Assembly: GCA_964016885.1 (NCBI GenBank)
Contig: OZ024744.1
Location: 24,366,001 to 24,430,000, forward strand
Direction of reading: 5' to 3'
Source of the DNA: Eledone cirrhosa
Lineage: Eukaryota
Length of the DNA stretch: 64,000 nt
Part shown: positions 56,901 through 64,000 of the stretch, one piece after another
How positions within the stretch are numbered: the first letter of the stretch is position 1
How the letters are laid out: each line of letters starts with the position of its first letter
The notes under the pieces: generated by a model
What the model was told of the DNA's origin: nothing
Seen by the model: the letters and a program-made list of their open reading frames with translations, nothing else
Databases searched by the model: none
Translations under genes and position numbers: made by a program

Positions 56901-59900
56901 ACAGTTGAATCTTAAGATAAAACTCGTTTTAACAACAGTTGAATCTTAAGAACTGTCTCGTTTTAACAACAGTTGAATCGTAAGATAAACCTCGTTTTAA
57001 CAACAGTTTAATCTTAAGAACTGACTCGTTTTAACAACAGTTGAATCTTAAGATAAAATTCGTTTTAACAACAGTTGAATCTTAAGAACTTATTCGTTTT
57101 AACAACAGTTCAAACTTAAGAACAGACTCGTATTAACAACAGTTGAATCTTATTATAAAACTCATTTCAACAACAGTTGAATCTTAAGAACTGATTCGTG
57201 TTAACAACAGATGAATCTTAAGATAAACCTCGTTTTAGCAACAGTTGCATCTTAAGAACTGGCTCGTTTAAACAACAGTTGAATCTTAAGATAAAACTCG
57301 TTTTAACAACAGTTGAATCTTAAGAACTGACTCGTTTTAACAACAGATGAATCTTAAGATAAAACACCATTTTAACAAAAGTTGAATCTTAAAATAAAAC
57401 TCGTTTTAACAACAGTTGAATCTTAAGAACTGCCTCGTGTTAACAACAGTTGAATCTGAAGAACTGATTCGTTTTAACAACAGTTGAATCTTAAAATATA
57501 ACTAGTTTTAACAACAGTTGAATCTTAAGAACTGACTCGTTTTAACAACCGTTGACTCCTAAGAACTGACTCGTTTTAACAACTGATGAACATTAAGATA
57601 AAACTCGTTTTAACAACAGTTGAATCTTAAGAACTGACTCGTTTTAACAACAGTTGAATCTTAAGAACTGACTCGTTTTAACAACAGATGAATCTTAAGA
57701 TAAAACTGGTTTTAACAACAGTTGAATCTTAAGAACTGACTCGTTTTAACAACAGTTGAATCTGAAGAACTGACTCGTTTTAACAACAATTGTATCTGAA
57801 GATAAAACTCGTTTAACAACAGTTGAATCTTAAGAACTGGCTCGTTTTAACAACACTTGTATCTTATGATACAACTCGTTTTAACAACAGTTGAATCTTA
57901 AGAACTGACTCGTTTTAACAGCAATTGAATCTAAATACGAAACTCGTTTTAACAACAGTTGAATCTTAAGAACTGACTCGTTTTAACAACAGTTCAACCT
58001 TAAGAACTGACTGGTTTTAAAACAGTTGAATCTTAAGATAACACTCGTTTTAACAACAGTTGAATCTTATAATAAAACTCGTTTTAACCACAGATGATTC
58101 TCAAGAACTGACTCGTTTTAACAACAGTTGAATCGTAAGAACTGACTCGTTTTAACAACAGTACAACCTTAAGAACTGACTAGTTTTAACAAAAGTTGAA
58201 TCTTAAAATAAAACTCGTTTTAACAACATTTGAATCTTAAGAACTGACTCGTTTTAACAACGGTTGAATCAAACATAAAACTGGTTTTAACAACAGTTGA
58301 ATCTTAAGAAGTGACTCGTTTTAAAAACAATTGAATCATAAGATAAACCTCGTTTTAACAACAGTTGAATCTTAAGAACTGACTCGTTTTAACAACAGTT
58401 GAATCCTAAGATAACATTCGTTTTAACAACAGTTGAATCTTAAGAACTGACTCGTTATAACGACAGTTGAATCTTAAGATAAACCTCGTTTTAACAACAG
58501 TTGAATCTTAAGAACTGACTCATTTTAACAACAGTTGAATCTTAAGATAAAACATCATTTTAACAACAGTTGAATCTTAAAATAAAACTCGTTTTAACAA
58601 CAGTTGAATCTTAAGAACTGACTCGTTTTAACAACAGTTGAATCTTAAGAACTGACTCGTTTTAACAACAATTCAACCTTAAGAACTGACTCGTTTTAAA
58701 ACAATTGAATCTTAAGATAACACTCGTTTTAACAACAGTTGAATCTTCAGAACTGACTCGTTTTAAAAACAGTTGAATCTTAAGATAATACTCGTTTTAA
58801 CAACAGTTGAATCTTAAGAAGTGACTCATTTTAACAACAGTTGAATCGTAAGATAATCATCATTTTAACAACAGTTGAATCTTAAAATAAAACTCGTTTT
58901 AACAACAGTTGAATCTTAAGAACTGACTCGTTTTAACAACAGTACAACCTTAAGAACTGACTCGTTTTAAAACAGTTGAATCTTAAGATAACACTCGTTT
59001 TAACAACAGTTGAATCTTCAGAACTGACTCGTTTTAAGAACAGTTGAATCTTAAGATAACACTCGTTTTAACAACAGTTGAATCTTAAGAACTGACTCGT
59101 TTTAACAACAATTGAATCTTAAGATAAAGCTCGTTTTAACAAAAGTTGAATCTGAAGAACTTACTCGTTTTAACAAGAGTTGAATCTTAAGAACTGACTC
59201 GTTTTAACAACAATTCATCCTTAAGAACTGACTCGTTTTAACAACAGTTGAATCCTAAAATAAAACTCGTTTTAACAACAGTTGAATCTTAAGAACTGAC
59301 TCGTTTTAACAACAGTTGAATCTGAAGAAGTGACTCGTTTTAACAACAGTTGAATCTTAAGAACTGGCTCGTTTTAACAACGGTTGAATCTTAAGAACTG
59401 ACTCGTTTTAACAACAGTTGAATCTTAAGATAAAACATCATTTTAACAACAGTTGAATCTTAAAATAAAACTCGTTTTAACAACAGTTGAATCTTAAGAA
59501 CTGCCTTGTGTTAACAACAGTTGAATCTTAAGAACTAATTCGTTTTAACAGCAGTTGAATCTTAAGAACTGACTCGTTTTAACAACAGTTGAATCTGAAA
59601 AACTGACTCGTTTTAACAACAATTGTATCTTATGATACAACTCGTTTTAACAACAGTTGAATATTAAGAACTGACTCGTTTTAACAGCAATTGAATCTTG
59701 AGATAAAACTCGTTTTAACAACAGTTAAATCTTAAGAACTGATTCGTTTTAACAACAATTGAATCTGAAGTTAACATTCGTTTTAACAACAGTTGAATCT
59801 TAAGAACTGACTCGTTTTAACAACAGTTGAATCTTAAGACAAAACTCGTTTTAACAACAGTTGAGTCTTAAGAACTGACTCGTTTTAACAACAGTTCAAC

Positions 59901-61870
59901 CTTAAGAACTGACTGGTTTTAAAACAGTTGAATCTTAAGATAACACTCGTTTTAACAACAGTTGAATCTTAAAATAAAACTCGTTTTAACAACAGATGAT
60001 TCTCAAGAACTGGCTCGTTTTAACAACTGTTGAATCTTAAGATAAACATCGTTTTAACAATAGTTGAATCTTAAGAACTGACTCGTTTTAACAACAGTTC
60101 AACCTTAAGAAGTGATTAGTTTTAACAACAGTTGAATCTTAAAATAAAACTCGTTTTAACAACATTTGAATCTTAAGAACGGACTCGTTTTAACAACAGT
60201 TGAATCCTAAGATAACATTCGTTTTAACAACAGTTGAATCTTAAGAACTGACTCGTTATAACGACAGTTGAATCTTAAGATAAACCTCGTTTTAACAACA
60301 GTTGAATCTTAAGAACTGACTCATTTTAACAACAGTTGAATCTTAAGATAAAACATCATTTTAACAACAGTTGAATCTTAAAATAAAACTCGTTTTACCA
60401 ACAGTTGAATCTTAAGAACTGACTCGTTTTAACAACAGTTGAATCTTAAGAACTGACTCGTTTTAACAACAATTCAACCTTAAGAACTAACTCGTTTTAA
60501 AACAGTTGAATCTTAAGATAACACTCGTTTTAACAACAGTTGAATCTTCAGAACTGACTCGTTTTAAAAACAGTTGAATCTTAACATAACACTCGTTTTA
60601 ACAACAGTTGAATCTTAAGAGCTGACTCGCTTTAACAACAGTTCAACCTTAAGAACTGACACGTTTTAACAACAGTTGAATCTTAAAATATAACTAGTTT
60701 TAACAACAGTTGAATCTTAAGAACTGACTCGTTTTAACAACCGTTGACTCCTAAGAACTGACTCGTTTTAACAACTGATGAACATTAAGATAAAACTCGT
60801 TTTAACAACAGTTGAATCTTAAGAACTGACTCGTTTTAACAACAGTTGAATCTTAAGAACTGACTCGTTTTAACAACAGATGAATCTTAAGATAAAACTG
60901 GTTTTAACAACAGTTGAATCTTAAGAACTGACTCGTTTTAACAACAGTTGAATCTGAAGAACTGACTCGTTTTAACAACAATTGTATCTGAAGATAAAAC
61001 TCGTTTAACAACAGTTGATTCTTAAGAACTGGCTCGTTTTAACAACACTTGTATCTTATGATACAACTCGTTTTAACAACAGTTGAATCTTAAGAACTGA
61101 CTCGTTTTAACAGCAATTGAATCTTTAGACAAAACTCGTTTTAACAACAGTTGAATCTTAAGAACTGACTCGTTTTAACAGCAGTTCAACCTTAAGAACT
61201 GACTGGTTTTAAAACAGTTGAATCTTAAGATAACACTCGTTTTAACAACAGTTGAATCTTAAAATAAAACTCGTTTTAACAACAGATGATTCTGAAGAAC
61301 TGACTCGTTTTAACAACAGTTGAATCTTAAAATAAAACTCGTTTTAACAACAGTTGAATCGTAAGAACTGACTCGTTTTAACAACAGTTGAATCATAAGA
61401 TAAAACTCGTTTTAACAACAGTTGAATCTTAAGAACTGACTCGTTTTAACAACAGTACAACCTTAAGAACTGACTAGTTTTAACAACAGTTGAATCTTAA
61501 AATTAAACTCGTTTTAACAACATTTGAATCTTAAGAAGTGACTCGTTTTAAAAACAATTGAATCATAAGATAAACCTCGTTTTAACAACAGTTGAATCTT
61601 AAGAACTGACTCGTTTTAACAACAGTTGAATCCTAAGATAACATTCGTTTTAACAACAGTTGAATCTTAAAATAAAACTCATTTTAACAACAGTTGAATC
61701 TTAAGAACTGACTCGTTTTAACAACAATTCAACCTTAAGAACTGACTCGTTTTAAAACAGTTGAATCTTAAGATAACACTCGTTTTAACAACAGTTGAAT
61801 CTTCAGAACTGACTCGTTTTAAAAACAGTTGAATCGTAAGATAACACTCGTTTTAACAACAGTTGAATCT
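54000..61870. repeat. Higher-order block paralogous to ~3600-11520
   Basis: Same markers as the partner block. The two are collinear apart from whole-monomer indels and private SNPs. Confidence 0.85.
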
Positions 61871-64000
61871 TAAGAACTGACTCGTTTTAACAACAGTTGA
61901 ATCTTAAGAACTGACTCGTTTTAACAACAATTCAAACTTAAGAACTGACTCGTTTAAAACAGTTGAATCTTAAGATAACACTCGTTTTAACAACAGTTGA
62001 ATCTTAAAACATAACTAGTCTTAACAACAGTAGAATCTTAAGAACTGACTCGTTTTAACAACAGTTGAATCTGAAGAAGTGACTCGTTTTAACAACAGTT
62101 GTATCTGAAGATAAAACTCGTTTAACAACAGTTGAATCTTAAGAACTTACTCGTTTTAACAACAATTGAATCTTAAGATAAAACTCGTTTTAACAACAGT
62201 TGAATCTTAAGAACTGACTCGTTTTAACAACAATTGAATCTTAAGATAACATTCGTTTTAGCAACAGTTGACTCTTAAGAACTGACTAGTTTTAACGACA
62301 GTTGAATCTTAAGATAAACCTCGTTTTAACAACGGTTGAATCTTAAGAACTGACTCGTTTTAACAACAGTTGAATGTTAAGATAAAACATCATTTTAACA
62401 ACAGTTGAATCTTAAAATAAAACTCGTTTTAACAACAGTTGATTCTTAAGAACTGCCTTGTGTTAACAACAGTTGAATCTTAAGAACTGATTCGTTTTAA
62501 CAGCAGTTGAATCTTAAGAACTGACTCGTTTTAACAACAGTTGACCTTTAAGAACTGACTCGTTTTAACAACTGATGAATATTAAGAGAAAACTGGTTTT
62601 AACAACAGTTGAATTTTAAGAACTGACTCGTTTTAACAACAGTTGAATCTGAAGAACTGACTCGTTTTAACAACAATTTATCTGAAGATAAAACTCGTTT
62701 AACAACAGTTGAATCTTAAGAACTGGTTCGTTTTAGCAACACTTGTATCTTATGATACAACTCGTTTTAACAACAGTTGAATATTAAGAACTGACTCGTT
62801 TTAACAGCAATTGAATCTTGAGATAAAACTCGTTTTAACAACAGTTAAATCTTAAGAACTGATTCGTTTTAACAACAATTGAATCTGAAGTTAACATTCA
62901 TGTTAACAACAGTTGAATCTTAAGACAAAACTCGTTTTAACAACAGTTCAACCTTAAGAACTGTGTGGTTTTAAAACAGTTGAATCCTGAGATAACATTT
63001 GTTTTAACAACAGTTGAATCTTAAGAACTGACTCGTTATAACGACAGTTGAATCTTAAGATAAACCTCGTTTTAACAACAGTTGAATCTTAAGAACTGAC
63101 TCATTTTAACAACAGTTGAATCTCAAGATAAAACATCATTTTAACAACAGTTGAATCTTAAAATAAAACTCGTTTTAACAACAGTTGAATCTTAAGAACT
63201 GACTCGTTTTAACAACAGTTGAATCTTAAGAACTGACTCGTTTTAACAACAATTCAAACTTAAGAACTGACTCGTTTTAAAACAGTTGTATCTTAAGATA
63301 ACACTCGTTTTAACAACAGTAGAATCTTAAGAACTGACTCGTTTTAACAACTGATGAACCTTAAGATAAAACTCGTTTTCACAACAGTTGAATCTTAAGA
63401 ACTGACTCGTTTTAACAACAATTGAATCTTAAGATAAAACTCGTTTTAACAAAAGTTGAATCTTAAGAAGTGACTCATTTTAACAACAGTTGAATCTTAA
63501 GATAATCATCATTTTAACAACAGTTGAATCTTAAAATAAAACTCGTTTTAACAAAAGTTGAATCTTAAGAACTGACTCGTTTTAACAACAGTTGAATCTG
63601 AAGTAGTGACTCGTTTTAACAACAGTTGTATCTGAAGATAAAACTCGTTTAATAACAGTTGAATCTTAAGAACTGGCTCGTTTTAACAACACTTGTATCT
63701 TATGATACAACTCGTTTTAACAACAGTTGAATCTTAAGATAAAACTCGTTTTAACAACAGTTGAATCTTAAGAGGTGACTCGTTTTAACAACAATTGAAT
63801 CTTAAGATAACATTCGTTTTAGCAACAGTTGAATCTTAAGAACTGACTCGTTTTAACGACAGTTGAATCTTAAGATAAACCTCGTTTTAACAACGGTTGA
63901 ATCTTAAGAACTGACTCGATTAACAACAGTTGAATCTTAAGATAAAACATCATTTTAACAACAGTTGAATCTTAAAATAAAACTCGTTTTAACAACAGTT

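Larger units (their letters stand above)
1..64000. repeat. 34-bp satellite DNA tandem array (~1,880 monomers; types A ...AAGAACTGAC and B ...AAGATAAAAC), running off both window ends
   Basis: The monomer TCGTTTTAACAACAGTTGAATCTTAAGAACTGAC occupies 1-34 and restarts at 35. The same unit, with point variants and occasional 33/35-bp copies, fills every line to 64000. No unique sequence or inverted segment was seen. Confidence 0.99.

Noticed and set aside
1-64000. CRISPR array
   Set aside because: There are no unique 25-45-bp spacers. The variable part is ~6 bp with two recurring states, and no leader or cas genes are present.
1-64000. Repetitive protein-coding ORF (standard code)
   Set aside because: The consensus has plus-strand stops at monomer positions 7, 17 and 24, covering all three frames. 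The minus strand has TAA in two frames per monomer, and the 34-bp period rotates the frames, so every frame closes within about two monomers.
1-64000. Minus-strand ORF under a TAA/TAG-reassigned (ciliate-type) code, since the consensus lacks a minus-strand TGA
   Set aside because: The period is not a multiple of 3, 33- and 35-bp monomers are freely tolerated, and common variants (TTCAAC, TCATTTT, CTTCAAA) introduce TGA on the minus strand. There is no sign of coding constraint.
1-64000. Telomeric repeat, plasmid iterons, or an embedded transposon or inversion
   Set aside because: There is no G-rich telomere-like strand, the copy number is far beyond iteron arrays with no rep gene, and no non-satellite or reverse-oriented segment was seen on reading through. 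A very short insert could have been missed by eye.

Overview
The whole 64-kb window is one uninterrupted, head-to-tail, single-orientation AT-rich (~30% GC) satellite array of about 1,880 copies of a 34-bp monomer. The consensus is TCGTTTTAACAACAGTTGAATCTTAAGA followed by either ACTGAC (type A) or TAAAAC (type B), and A and B mostly alternate. I see no genes, RNA genes, mobile elements or spacer-bearing CRISPR array. The information lies in the order of variant monomers. That order shows nested higher-order duplications: a near-identical 9.47-kb tandem duplication, a 2.65-2.75-kb tandem duplication, a module reused nine times, and distant paralogous blocks at offsets of ~12, ~27 and ~50 kb. 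Other notable points are a recurrent junction monomer, an apparent 7-bp in-place micro-inversion variant, and a monomer tiled by short dyad symmetries. It most resembles eukaryotic (peri)centromeric or heterochromatic satellite DNA (inference), but I cannot identify the organism or satellite family. Block boundaries were read by eye and are approximate to about 1-2 monomers.
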